A stretch of DNA of 64,000 nucleotides from the NCBI RefSeq assembly GCF_037042905.1, contig NC_087250.1, forward strand, positions 25,050,001-25,114,000. Direction: 5' to 3'. Each line of letters begins with the position of its first letter. The first letter of the stretch is position 1. The notes below the pieces were generated by a model. That model saw only the letters and a program-made list of their open reading frames with translations. It was not told where the DNA came from and searched no databases. A program made the position numbers and the translations under genes. Positions 50,500 to 64,000 of this stretch are shown in pieces. The stretch is from Lytechinus pictus (taxonomy: Eukaryota).

Positions 50500-53380
50500 C
50501 CATTTGCGCGAGCTAAAATTTTTGGACATTTTATATATTTAGACATTAAAATTAAACATTGTGACCACTTTTGTTATCTTAAACTGGAGGGGTATCTAGC
50601 TAAACGATCAATGTGAGCGCAAATTGCGAGCTGAAATTTTTAATAAAATTACATTGGCCAGCAAAAGATTAGTTGAAGACTGTTCTCAGTGAACCGTGAA
50701 ATAATAAAATTTTCACCAATCCAAAAATGCGAGCGCGAAGTGCTAGCTGAAAATGTCATATTTTTACCTGAAAACTCGATTGTAACCATGAAGAGGATAG
50801 ATACATTAACCGAACAATCATTCCGAGCGCGAAGCGCGAGCTGAAAATTGTGATTCCAACCAGAAAACCGTACATTCTAAGCACTTTTTGTAAGAGTAGG
50901 CTAATGTGTATATAATTAGACAATTCATGCTAGCGCGAGCTAAAACTTTTAATTAAGCGTTCTGAAAAGGACATGTTGATTAACTGTTTGCATTGACTCA
51001 TTAATTGAATACTTTTCTTACTAATCAAATAGAGCGAGCGAAAAGCGCGAGCTGAAAATTTTGATTTCCGACCAAAAAACTTGACATTCTAAGCACTTTT
51101 TGCATGAACGGTATGTGTATTATTACAATCCATGTGATCGTTATCCGATACCCTTAAATAACTGTTCTGGAAAAAGACATATTAATTAACCGAAATTGCA
51201 GTGACCGTAATAGAATATATATCTCACCAATCAAATAGAGCGAGGGCGAACTAAAAAATGTGGATATTATAAATTGAAAACTAAATATTTTCCCACGTTT
51301 TTACATTAAAACAAAACTTAGTTTCTGCATCTGTGATTGAACAAGCTGTGTATCTAAAAAAAAAAAAACATATAATGCGAGCGCAAAGCACAAGCTGAAA
51401 TTTTTGATTTCCGACCAGAAAATTGGACATTCTAAGTACTTTTGCACGAATAATATGTGTACAACAATTTATGCAAGCGCGAGCTGATATTTTTAATTAA
51501 CTGTTCTGAAAAATGATATGTTTATTAACTGTTTGCAGCCATGATACATTTTTCACTAATCAAAAGGAGCGAGCGCGAAGCGCGAGCTGAAAATTTTGGA
51601 TATTTTAACTTGACTGAAAACGAATTTTTTTACACGTTTTCACATTTCAACAAACATAGTATCTGCATCTGTAATTGAACAAGCCGTGTACCTTAAAAAA
51701 ACATAATGCAAGCGTGAAGCGCGAGTTGAAATTATCGGTATAGTACTGACCCGAAAGTGAAATTTTGAGCACTGTCCAACATGAACGAAAATTATGGGGA
51801 AAATATTGATCTCACTGAATATATTATAAGAGCGCGAAGTGCAAGCTGACAATGTTTGAGACTTAGACTTTAAACCGGGCCATTTTTATCACTGTCGGTG
51901 AAGCGCGAGCTGACATCTTTTGACATTTTGACTTTGAAAAATTAACATTTTGACTTAAAACTCAATGGTTTTACACCTTTCTTACAAAAAGAACAAACTG
52001 AAGTGCGGCATTTGCAATTTAACTATCTGTGTATCTTAATGCGAAGCGCGAGCGGAAATTTTCGATATTCTGAGGGAGAATTTAAGCTCTGTCGAACATG
52101 AAGGAAAAATGTGGAGAGGAAATTTAGATCTCACTTTGCGAGTGCGAAGCGCCAGCTTAGCTTTTAATGTAGATTTAGACCTAAAAAACGAGACATTTGA
52201 AGCGATACCGCAATGAAAAAGGGATTACTAAGCCAAATAAAAGACGTTGAATATGCATTGAAACAATGCGAGCTGAATTTTTTTTACATTAAGACCTGAT
52301 AATTGGACATTCTGAGAAGGATGTTTTTTTCAATGAAGATCAAGATATAGCTATATGTAGGCCTATTTCAAATGATAAACAGTTATTACGAGCGCACAGC
52401 GCAAGCTGATTTTTTTTCTAGACTTTAAAAAGGCAACACTCTTTTTGCACTTCTTGAAACATTATAAAAACGAAGGGCATCATGCTCAACAAATTTTGAT
52501 ATTCAGACTTGATCAAAACTGGACGTTTGAAATGTTTTTTTAATATGTCTAAAGAACAAACTTTTATCTCAATAGATAATGTGAGCGCATAGCGCGAGCT
52601 GATGTTCATACTAACCCTCTAGGGGACCTTTTAAGTGTTGTCCAAGACGTAAGAATATTGTGAAGATGATATGGATCTCAATAAAATGAATGATGCGAAG
52701 TGCGAGCCGAATTGTTTTTTTGCAGTTTAGAACTACAACCGGGCCATTTATTTTTAATCACTGTCGGTAAAAGCACGCGTGACTTTTAGGCGATGTATAC
52801 TATAAATTCGGGAATCTAATCACTGTCGGTAGATGAAGCCCCTGGGTGTTAACAGCCCTGGATGAACCGACATTTACATTCTAATCACTGTCGGTACATG
52901 AGGCAGTTGGAAAAATTCAGCTTGAATCGACAGTTTATCATTTTTCTGACAGGCTTCGATCTCACTAAATGAATAATGCAAGCGCGAAGCGCGAGCTGAA
53001 AATTTTGGGTGATTTAGACCTAATAGTAAAATCGGGACATTCTAATCACTGTCGGTAGATGAAGCCATAAGAACAGCCCTGGGTGACCCGACAGTTACGT
53101 TCTAATCACTGTCTGTACATGAGGCAGTTGGAAAATTCCAGTGTGACCCGACAGTTATCATTTTTCTGACGAGCGCGAAGCGCGAGCAGAACTTTTTTGG
53201 CGATCTAGACCTACAACCGGGCCATTTTAATCACTGTCGGTACCAAATTAAGTGCGTGTTCACTTTTTAGGCGATTAAGACTGAAAATCGGTAAATTTTA
53301 ATCACTGTAGGTAGATGAAGCCGCTGGAACAGCCATAGGTGATCCGACAGTGTATCATTTTCCGACAGGCGACGGTCCAA
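50500..53380. repeat. Degenerate array with the recurring GCGAGCGCGAAGCGCGAGCTGAAA motif
   Basis: Motif recurs about every 60-130 bp; related tracts at ~32500-32900 and, inverted, at ~43480-44180. Confidence 0.75.
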
Positions 53381-53755
53381 CAGCCCCTGCTTTTTTCTCT
53401 CTATCCTTCTTTCTCATTCCTTTTTTTCTTTTTTTTTCTCTCCTTTCTTTTTTTCGTTCTTTTTCCCTTCCTCCTTTTTTACCCTCTCTCCTTTCATTTT
53501 TTCCCGACGGGCGTGGAGATTTCCCGACGATATCCATAGTAGTGGGGGGGGGGGGTCGGGTGTGGGGGGTGCGACACCTGCTTATGTATGTATCAGTGAA
53601 TTTGAAAACCACCTTGATTGTTGCATTCTTATCTTATTTTATTATTTTACTGTTCATGCGCATGAGCTAACTGTGAACTGGCTTATTACATCTAATTATA
53701 TAATAAAAATAAAAAACCTTTCTTACATTAATATTAAAAATGTTTGAAATCTTAC

Positions 53756-53855
53756 CTAGATCATCGTGTGTATCATCATTGTCAGCATCAACTAGTCTCA
53801 AATCGATCATCAATGGTGCGACGATGAGAAACAGAAATATTACAAAGCGATGCAT
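53756..53855 (-). CDS. Probable signal-peptide exon of the GPCR (exon 53865-53756)
   Basis: MHRFVIFLFLIVAPLMIDLRLVDA-DNDDTHDDL; strong acceptor (ttttcccctttctcatgccttgtag) and donor g|gtaag. Phase 1 matches the phase-1 acceptor at 32051 (G+AT=Asp). Confidence 0.72.
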
Positions 53856-54505
53856 TGTGGAAAATCTACAAGGCATGAGAAAGGGGAAAATAATGGTTAA
53901 AGGAAATCTAGGTACCTGGTGTCAGGCTCTCACAGTGTGTGGACTTGGGGTGGTTTCCTGAATGGTCCCAGAATGCTGTTCTGGAATGGTTGGCCTATCT
54001 CACTCTTTGTCATGATTGATTCTTTAAAGGAGTCTTGTAAATCAGATTGATTCAGGACTCTAAGTGCTGAATTTGTAATTGAATTTATTATCAAATACTC
54101 GCTGATCTTGACTTGCCTTATAGTGTAAGACCAACAGGTCTAAAAAATTAATAGTTTCATACACAGTTACGACTGTTCGCGATCCGATTTTGGAAGAAAT
54201 CGCATTTTGCTCATTTTCTAAAAATGTGAATGGAACATTTGAGGTTAAAATTAATTGAAAGAATGCTAACATAACCATTTCGAAAGATTGCAAGCATTTA
54301 TTTTGGAGTAAAGGCCTAATTATTCTCAAATCGTAGCCAATCGTACGACTGCTATGACGTCATTACGACTAGATATTAAATTTGCTTTTATTCTAAGAAG
54401 TATATAGCATAGTCACATATTTGAATATATAGGTATTCGTACGATGATTTTGAACATTACACAGTAAGATATTCCAAGTCTCAATACTAGCATCAAATTC
54501 TACTA

Positions 54506-54725
54506 CACTCTTAAAACAGATCAGTCAAATTGACTAGACCAGTAGTCAGCTGGGAGCAACTGATATGGCAATCACTGATAGTCACATTTCTGACATATAT
54601 TCTAGTCAGAAATAACTCTATTCTAGTAAAATATGACTAGAAAATAGTCAAATATGACTAGAATAACAGTTGCTCCCAGCTGACCCTATTAACCAGTCAT
54701 TTTTGACTGATTTGTTTTTAGAGTG
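54506..54725. mobile_element. CACT-ended MITE
   Basis: CACTCTTAAAACAGATCAGTCAAA / TTTGACTGATTTGTTTTTAGAGTG, TA flanks. Confidence 0.8.
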
Positions 54726-54915
54726 TACGTTTTATTCCAAAATTGAGTCGCAGACCAATCTTAAGGTGTGCGGTCGCCTTAACTTGTAATAGCGATTTGA
54801 GAGTATATACTATTATGTAATTATTTCCAGTATGATGGCTCGGGGGTCTTGTGTAATGGATAGTGTTATATCCATTTGGCGAGTCGAGCACAGAGTTCAT
54901 TATTTAGGTCCTCTA

Positions 54916-55111
54916 CACTCTTAAAAACGTTGGGCAACATACGGTCCACACAACAATTGGTTAAAACATTATCCAACTCTGGGTAGTTTTCAACCAATAC
55001 TGTGTAGTTTTCACCAAACGCACACATTATTGGTTTAAAGCTACTCAGAATTTGATAAAGTTTTAACCAATTGTTGTGTGGACCGTATGTTGCCCAACGT
55101 TTTTAAGAGTG
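54916..55111. mobile_element. CACT-ended MITE
   Basis: ~50-bp perfect TIRs CACTCTTAAAAACGTTGGGCAACATACGG..., TA flanks. Confidence 0.88.
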
Positions 55112-57482
55112 TATGCAAGTCAAGATCAGTGAGTATTTGATAATAAATTCAGCACTTAGAAAAAAGTACACACGGACACAAAAATCATGTGATCATTGTG
55201 ATAATCCCATATTGCAATCTGGTTACAACAAATATTTCAATTTTATATGGCACCTAGATAGATCCTTGTGATTTGATTGGTTGTTTGATATAGTTTATTC
55301 AGCCCATTTTGCAATGACGTCATTAACCGTGCAATTTTGGATCCATTCATCGTGCAACTTTGGATCCATACGATTTTGTTCGTTGTGAACTTCGATGTAT
55401 CCACCAATATGGCTGGTTTGTCTTGGTCTTCATAACCAAGCAAGAAATAGGATGGGATTGGCGACTAGTGTGATGGGGGGGGGGGGGGGGTTAACACTGC
55501 TGCATGCTCTTCGAACCCCCAAAGTAATCAAGTAGAAATCAAAATGAATGTATCAATACAAGAAAACTAAGTCCAACAATAAGGCTGCCAAAAACACAGG
55601 GAACTCTCAGTGACACCTCATTGAGACACACACTATGCGCATATTTTTTTTTTTTTTGGGGGGGGGTTGGGGCACGGTACCTGGGTAGTCGAAAAAGGAG
55701 GAAATATATCAAAATAAAAGGGAGAGAAAAAAACGTGGGAAGAGATCGCAAAAAATGGGGAAAGTATATGAGAAAAGGAAAAAAGGAAGAGGGAATAAAG
55801 GGGGTGTGGGAATGAAGGGGGAAAAGAGGGGGAGATGAAATAATAATAATAATAAAAGAGCGTGCATGGGCGAGTGCGCCCGCAATTTGACCTAATAGCG
55901 AGGAGCAGAAATGATGCTCGACCTTTGGGGTGCTAATTTGATGTTTGACCGGGAGCGCATGTGTCACATGGGGGAGGGGGTGGGCAAATTGAACTTAAAC
56001 TTAGGGGGCATGAACTTGACCCGTTATGAGGGGGCATCAAACTAGCCTTAAGCTCGAGGGAGGGGGTGCTTTGGCGCGGATCCGGGGGGGGGGGGCACAC
56101 CGCTCATGCCTCCCCCCCCCCCCTTTTGAGAGCCACAAAAAAGTGGTCGAAAGTACCGTATATGTGCAAGTGCTAACCCTTTTTTTAATTTTTGCCTGTC
56201 AAATTTTTCTGGACAAAAGTGCCCCCCCCCCTGGAAATTCCTGGATCTGCACCTGGCTGGCATTTAATAACACACATATAGGCCCTATATATATTTTTTT
56301 ATTTAGAAGTGAATGAATGACTCAAAATTGGTCGTATATAGCTTCTCATTGGCGGCGGAAGCCAACAAAATTAGGGGGGGGGGGGTCTACCTGGAATTTA
56401 TGGTTGGACACAGGAAAAAAAATCGACAAGCAAAAAAAAAAAAGGTGAACAAACAAAATTTTAGGGGGGACCATAACGATTAAATTAAACAATTTTTAGG
56501 GCGGTCCACCTGAATTTAGGGGGGACGCAGGAAACAAAATTGACAAGCAAAAAAAAAAAAAAAAAAAAAAAACCCTCAAATTTAGGGGGACAGGACCCTC
56601 GCCCCCCTCCCCCTGCTTCCGTCGCCTATCATAAGCGGCCTTTGTAGCTTCTTAATATCACTTTAATTGCACCAAGCTTTCGATCAAAGCTTGGCACAAG
56701 AAAGAAGCTACAAGATTTGTATTGTCATTTATAGAATATATTTACTACATTCGAACCTTCTGACGAAGACGGAACCAAACGGCGGCTCTCCTATCGTTTC
56801 GGCAAAAAATTGAACCAGTCATTTGGATCCGGGGGGCCCGATCGACTAGCCGTTTTGTACTGGCGGTATTAATCAACTAGCCGTTTTGGACCGCCGGGAC
56901 CCGGGCCAAATATTCTATGAAACCGGCTGCAGCTCATGCACCAGCAGCAGTGCGCATGTTGTAACGACGTAACAATCAACAGACCGAACTCGCGCTGCAT
57001 CGGAGCATGTTTTGCATCGAAATTCATAAATTTCATATGAAAAAAAATTAGGTGTCATATAAACCAAATAATGAATTTTCGTGCAATGGACAGAATACTT
57101 CATGAGGTGGAAGATGAAATGATCCATTCAACGAGGATGGATCATTATTGCATCTTTCACCGAATGAATTATTTGTATATTCATCGTAATTATCATCGTA
57201 ATTATTTTTTTTTTACTTTGTGACTTCTTAGACAAGAGTCTCCTCCATGTAAATTCCACGAAAATTGTTTTTTTTTTTTAATCGAAAGTGATTTTATTCG
57301 TGTCATTATTATATGTTTGATCGACGCCTTCAAATAATCAGTAAAAACGCTGTTTAAGATTTTATACAACGTTGTTTACTATATGAACCTTACAGTATTT
57401 GTTTAACCGTTTAAACAATCATGTTTAATTTATTGAAAATTAGATATTGAAAATAAAACTTTGTTGCTTAAGATTTAAACAG

Positions 57483-60150
57483 TTGTTTAAACTGTTTAAA
57501 CAATCACTGTTAGGTTCATATAGTAAACAGCGTTGTATAATTTTTTTTTTACTGTGAATATGTAATTCGAAAAATATCAGTGTCTATAGCCTCTTGTGTA
57601 TTTGAGAGGGACCCATTTCATTACTCTATATCATGTCCATGGTGGATTCCGTGTTTTATAATAGTATATTTAACTAGTTAAAGAAAAAGTCGTTGAGAAA
57701 TTGATTCCAAATCGATGATATTGATGTAATATTTTTAATAAGATCTAAAGCTTTCGTTATCTCTTCTATTACAAGCTTAATTTGTCTTTTGCTTTCAGGG
57801 TTTCTCCGGATGACTGATATTGTGCTGTGTACATGCATGTATATCCATTACTAAAAAGGTGATATTAACAAGGTTTGTAATTTTCGACCCATTTCTATTT
57901 CACCGTCTTTAACCAAGCCTTGAAAGAAGTGTCCATCAGCAGTTATTGTTATTATTTGCTGTCCAATAGACAAAGAGGCACAATACGGCTTTCGACCAAG
58001 CTATTCTTTTTGATAACTGATTAAATGCTATAGACGAAGGCCAAAATGACAGGAACGCTTTTTATTGATCTAAGATGTGCTTTTGATACTGTTGATGCAT
58101 CTATTTTATTGAACAAATTAAAGAATATTGTGATTTGCCATTAGCATGGTTTGATTCATATTTAAATATAAGAGAAGCTAATTTGTTGCAATATAGAAAA
58201 GTACTTGCTGGATTTACCACGCTCAGAAATACCTAACCATCTTTGATGAAGCATAAATGAAGTTAATCAAACATAAATTGAATACTGTCGTGCAATTAAG
58301 GGGGGTAAAATGTTTGTCAAACTGTTTAAACTGTTTAAACAATTACTGTAAGGTTCATTATTATAGTAAACAGCGTTGTATAAATTTTTTGTTACTGTGA
58401 ATATGTAATTCGAAAAATATCAGTGTCTAGCCTCTTGTGTATTTGAGAGGGACCCATTTCATTACTCTATATCATGTCCATTGTGGATTCCGTCGTTTAT
58501 ATTTTTAATGGCATATTAACTAGTTAAAGAAAAAGTCGTTGAGAAATTAATTCCAAATCGATGATATTGATGTAATATTTTTAATAAGATCTAAAGCTTT
58601 CATTATCTCTTCTATTACAAGCTTAATTTATTTGTCTTTTGCTTTCAGGGTTTCTCCGGATGACTGATATTGTGCTAAGTACATGTATTTCCATTACTAA
58701 AAAGGTGATATTAACTAGGTTTGTAATGTTTGACCCATTTCTATTTCACCGTCTGCAACCAAGCCTTGAAAGAATTGTCCATCAGCAGTTATTGTTATTA
58801 TTTGCTGTCCAGTAGACAAAGAGGCACAATACGGCTTTCGACCAAGCTATTCTTTTTAACGGATAACTGCATGATTAAATGCTATAGACGAAGGCCAAAA
58901 TGACAGGAACGCTTTTTATTGTCTCACCTGCATAGCAGAGTGAGACTATAGGCGCCGCTTTTCCGACGGCGACGGCGACGGCGGCGGCGACGGCGGCGGC
59001 GGCGTCAACACCAAATCTTAACCTGAGGTTAAGTTTTTGAAATGACAGCATAACTTAGAAAGTATATGGACCTAGTTCATGAAACTTGGCCATAAGGTTA
59101 ATCAAGTATTACTGAACATCCTGCCTGAGTTTCATGTCACATGACCAAGGTCAAAGGTCATTTAAGGTCAATGAACTTAGACCATGTTGGGGGAATCAAC
59201 ATCAAAATCTTAACCTAAGGTTAAGTTTTTGAAATGTCATCATAACTTAGAAAATATATGGACCTAGTTCATGAAACTTAAACATAAGGTTAATCAAGTA
59301 TCACTGAACATCCTGCATGAGTTTCACATCACATGACCAAGGTCAAAGGTCATTTAGGGTCAATGAACTTTGGCCGAATTGGGGGTATCTGTTGAATTAC
59401 CATCATAACTTTGAAAGTTTATGGATCTGATTCATGAAACTTGGACATAATAGTAATCAAGTATTACTGAACATCCTGTGCAAGTTTCAGGTCACATGAT
59501 CAAGGTCAAAGGTCATTTAGGGTCAATGAACTTTGGCCAAATTGGGGTATTTGTTGAATTACAGCCATAAATTTGAAAGTGTGTTGGTCTAGTTCATAAA
59601 ACTTGGACATAATAGTAATCAAGTATCACTGAACATCCTGTGCGAGTTTCAGGTCACATGATCAAGGTCAAAGGTCATGTAAGGTCAAAGAACTTTGGCC
59701 ACGTTGGGGGTATTTGTTGAATTGCCATCATATCTCTATAAGTGTATTGGTCTAGTTCATAAAATAACGTGGAAATAAGAGTAACCAAGTATCACTGAAC
59801 ATCTTGTGCGAGTTATAGTAGTTTTCAAAATCAGCACTGCTGCTATATTGAATCGCGTGATGCAGGTGAGACGGCCAGAGGCATTCCACTTGTTGATCTA
59901 AGATGTGCTTTTGATACTGTTGATGCATCTATTTTATTGAACAAATTAAAGAATATTGTGATTTGCCATTAGCATGGTTTGATTCATATTTAAATATAAG
60001 AGAAGCTAATTTATTGCAATATAGAAAAGTACTTGCTGGACTTACCACGCTCAGAAATACCTAACCATCATTGATGAAGCATAAATGAAGTTATATCAAA
60101 CATAAATTGAATACTGTCGTGAAATTAAGGGGGGTAAAATGTTTGTCAAA
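57483..60150 (+). repeat. ~840-bp tandem duplication containing a decayed CR1/L2 RT fragment
   Basis: 57483-58320 is repeated at 58321-60150 (second copy interrupted). Remnant motifs KKGD, NFRPISI, QYGFRP, FIDL..AFDTVD..ILLNKL. Confidence 0.88.
58921..59894 (+). mobile_element. Complete Helentron-associated (HINE/DINE-like) non-autonomous element
   Basis: Subterminal inverted repeats gtctcacctgcat / atgcaggtgagac, 5' hairpin, (GGC/GAC)n microsatellite, ~160-190-bp tandem core, short 3' hairpin, inserted at TT. Confidence 0.85.
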
Positions 60151-62661
60151 TCGAAAAGTTGACTATAAATTGCAAAAGAGGACAGAAAGACCTATTTAAA
60201 CTGTAATAACTGTAATATATATAGATATATCTTATCTATAATGAATGAAGCTCGTAAATGGTTGACTGTTTAATGTTTTTAAAGATCTTAACATAAATTC
60301 TCGAATAGTGCTCATCATAATTTTTAGGCATAAATGCCAAAACAGACTATTGTGAGTTTGCTCTATGTTATGATCATGATGATGGTTGCCATCAAATCTC
60401 AATATTAAGAATGTTGAAAACCCTAATTAATTTAAACTCTCACAGGTAAAGAGATATTGTCTCAAAATTTCTTTGGTCGATCAACTGGGACAAATCCCTA
60501 TTCCCCTTTCAGGACTGGTACATTAAATTGCTGTCTCTACTTTTCTTTCTCTTTATATTGTTAAATCAATTTTCGATGGGTTAATTTATGTAATGCTTTT
60601 GTTGTAATTTAATATGTATCTTAACAAAATATCGTATAACCTGATCATACTGTTGATTGTTTATGTATTATCCTCATCCATTACTTTCAGTTGTAGAAAG
60701 TTGTGTTGTTTGTCATCCCGAGTCTCGTGGAAGATCAGCTTTTGATGATTGAGCTTATCTAGTGAAATATGAATAAATCATAAAGTAAAGAAAGAAATAT
60801 TAAGCATATTTGCCTGCCTTCACTTTTGGTCTCAACGGTATCAGTCACCAGGGTGCAACCAAAATCAAAGGCAGGTTTCAGTCCGAATGACACATGGTAG
60901 TAGCCCTCTCTACCAGCCTTATGTGCCATGCTATATAGTTGTCGATTATCATCTATTACAAAAGTGAACTGTTAGCTCATGTGGCTCTTGTTAAAATGTT
61001 TTATTTCATAATATTGATTTCAGTCGACCTATTCACTCTTTTGAATCTTCAGTTCCATAGCTTTACTTATAGTTTGCAAATGGAGCATGCACTTGGTCGC
61101 CATGTTATAAGCAAAAGCTTATAAGCTTGAAAATCATAACAATCAAACATAACATCTCGATCAATATGCTTGGTATTTTAAGCAATCATGTTTGGCCAAA
61201 GCTCTTGCTTGCGTCTCCATGCTAAGCAAAAGCTTATAAGCTGGAAAATCATAACAATCAAACATAACATCTCGAGCAATATGCTTGGTATTTAAGCAAA
61301 TTAGATCTACGTCATTCTGTTGCATCAAGTATACATGTTTGGCCAAAGCTCTTGCTTGCGTCCATTAATACAATCAAAGTTTGCAAGCAATATGTTTGTG
61401 CATCTTCTCCAATGGGTTTTTGTATCATTATTTTAAGACTTTCTAGGTTTCATATCATAATTGATGAAAAGAAAAATTACTCTAAAAGGGTAAAAATTAA
61501 GGAAGAATAATTTACCTGTCTATAGAATAGATAATCAGCAAAACGACGGCTAAATTGACCCGGATGTTTTACGCCCTGACAGCTGGATATTCTGCTTCTT
61601 GTTTGAATCTTAAACAGATGTGCATCATCAATGTTGCATCTTCATAATTTCGGAGTGCTGCAGTCCGTTGATCAAGTTCTAATCAATCGAAATGAAATGA
61701 TATCCTTTTCAAATCATTCTAACGGATGAACGGTCCTTGTATAATTTGAAGGTGTTAACACCGTTTAGCATAAGCGATGATATCTGAGGGGAATTTTTTT
61801 TATGATATGGTGACAACTTCTATTATCTTCTCCTATGGAGTACGTTGATAGATATATACTAGTAATTATGATTCCAGGAGCAGGGTTCTAGTAATGTTAC
61901 CGACGTGATCAGGTGATGGCAAAGTAGCGACTCGTCGAGTTGACGACCGATCATGTCTCTTAAATATCATAATGAATTATAATATTTTGCCCGCTAGCAG
62001 CCAATCACCGATGGGATAAACCCCAGGGCATCGCGGTGTGTATTGCCTTTCAGGGTAAACATTATCCGTCACAATTATTTACTGGGAATATTATCTGCCT
62101 TCCGCGTTTTTGTTATACCCTGTTGACTAAGTAAAAGGCATCCAAACTTATTTTTCCCTGTCTCTCTCTTCATCATGTTCATGGCCCTTGAAAGCGGGTG
62201 AGCTGCGCGTATTATTTTCCATAGGCAGCTGGTAGGTGTGTCAAATTGGAGAAATGTATTGAAATGACCACCATTTGGTGGTTTTTATTATTATTATTTC
62301 ATTTTTTATTTCTTAGAACCAATACGATCTTCATTTTGTAGTAAAACTTTTTTTTTTTTTGCTTGTCAAATTTACTTCGGCACCCCCAGCAAAAAAAAAA
62401 TCGTTTTCAGGGCCCTGCTCTCTTTACATTTTTTCTCGCATGAAAAGATGCAATTCATATTTGCACGTGAATTTTTTTTTTACACAACTTAATTGCATTT
62501 GAAATTAACTCAATTTCGATGCCCTTTCACCAAGACTTCATTTATATTGAGTTTATACCTTTGATGAATATATTTTGTTTGGTTTGGTTTACTTTGTTTT
62601 TTTTTAGAATAAAGATTGGGCAGGGGTGACGTCAGGGTATTTTTTAGCAATTGAATTACAG

Positions 62662-62818
62662 GGGAGTGTTTCATCAACATTTTCATCCGACAAGTTGTCA
62701 GATATGACATCTTTCTCTGATGTTGATTGGCTGAGAGGTACTGTTACTTTGGTAACTGTCGGATAAAATGGGACTTGTCGGATAAAACGTCCGACATGTC
62801 CTTTCATGAAACGCTCCC
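62662..62818. mobile_element. MITE (Harbinger-like), CAG TSD
   Basis: cag|GGGAGTGTTTCAT...ATGAAACGCTCCC|cag; homolog at 2714-2866. Confidence 0.8.
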
Positions 62819-64000
62819 CAGGGGTATTGGACCAAGGCGTCTCTTTTGCACACTCTTCTTACTTCTCTATTCTTCCACACTTTTCTTGATTTTTTTTACT
62901 TTTGAACTAGACCCCTCGATGTCTTGCCATCCCTGGATATGGAAGCATAATGGGATGATTCGTTCAAAGACAGAATACAAAATGTGAAGAACTAAATAAA
63001 TCGGAAAAATAACCGCTGCACCAACACACAAAATATATTGAACAAAGGTCATTTTTATTTTATTCAGAAAAACAATAGCTTTGAAGAATAATGCTATGAC
63101 TAGCATGACTAAGTAATTGAAAAGGACAGGTTTTTTTTTATGTTATTGTATATAAATTAAGGGGGTGCTAATTATACGGATACAAATTAATTAAAACAAA
63201 TAAAAAGCTTTTTTATGAGTAGGCTTATAATTATGAGAAATAAGAAAAAAAAAGAAAAATCAACATCGTTTGATAGACCCAGTGCAAATTTAGGTCTAGC
63301 GTCATCTGCGACAATATCTGACGCAATTATTTTGAGGTTTTAATTTTTGATTTCTGAGTTCGAGTCATAATTTTGTCATGTTTGTGGTCGTCTGTATTTC
63401 TGCCGTAATGAAACGTACATTTTCTTGTAATTTGATTTAAAATGGGTTTCCTTTTTCTTACACGAGCCGAAGTTTACACAAAGTAAGGATGGAAGTTGAC
63501 GATTATCACTTTTGTAAGTATACTTTTCACCCGAAATATTCGATTTTTTGGTGTTGTTTTGGCCGCGATGCTGAAATAAATTGAATTGTGTGTTGCTACT
63601 GACGCGGGCTAATCGTGCGTGGCAAGGTGTCGTGTTTCATGTGTGTGATGTCGCTGTCTGTCGTGAGCAGGTGAGCGTGTGACTGAGTGTATTAAAGTCT
63701 AAACTAACGTTAGAGTGTCAGGGAAAGATTCTTGGTTTTACAAACGATAAAAAACTGTGACGATGTGAATATTTGAATAGAATCTGACTGATATTTGTGG
63801 TTAACATTACAAAGATCATTGCTCAAGTCCCAGAATATTAAAGGCTCAGATCGATTCTAAGTAACTAAGTTACTACTAAATACTAGGCCTAGGCCTAGGC
63901 TATACCGGACGGTCATTATCTCAAAAACTAGCCGATATCCTTAAAATCTGACATCATCAACGTGAAAAGCGACCTAAAATTACCCTTTGCTTTGGTGTAA

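Overview
AT-rich, intron-rich, repeat-dense metazoan genomic DNA. The repeat repertoire and gene content suggest an invertebrate deuterostome such as a sea urchin; this is inference only. Two spliced host genes can be built by hand and face each other tail-to-tail. (1) SCNM1 on + (7 coding exons, 6854-13235, about 503 aa) has a much enlarged low-complexity exon 6. (2) A class-B/Methuselah-like orphan GPCR on - has a somatomedin-B-like Cys-rich ectodomain (signal-peptide exon 53855-53756, main exon 32051-29626, last exon 27414-27163; about 925 aa). The GPCR's ~21.7-kb intron holds a nested stack: a tRNA-derived SINE, split by a full-length Gypsy LTR retrotransposon (apparently identical LTRs, GTAG TSD, tRNA-Leu PBS, damaged gag and integrase), whose 3' LTR is split by a Mutator-like element (9-bp TSD) carrying a hAT-like element. 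An intact Tc1 (DD34E) element lies next to this stack. The rest is non-autonomous DNA transposons (piggyBac-, Kolobok-, Harbinger-, CACT-ended, 5-bp-TSD hAT-like, foldback), Helentron-like tandem-repeat elements, LINE/SINE remnants and a Merlin-like transposase fragment. I found no CRISPR, rRNA or true tRNA gene and no convincing wholly new system. All calls come from reading the sequence, not from database searches.
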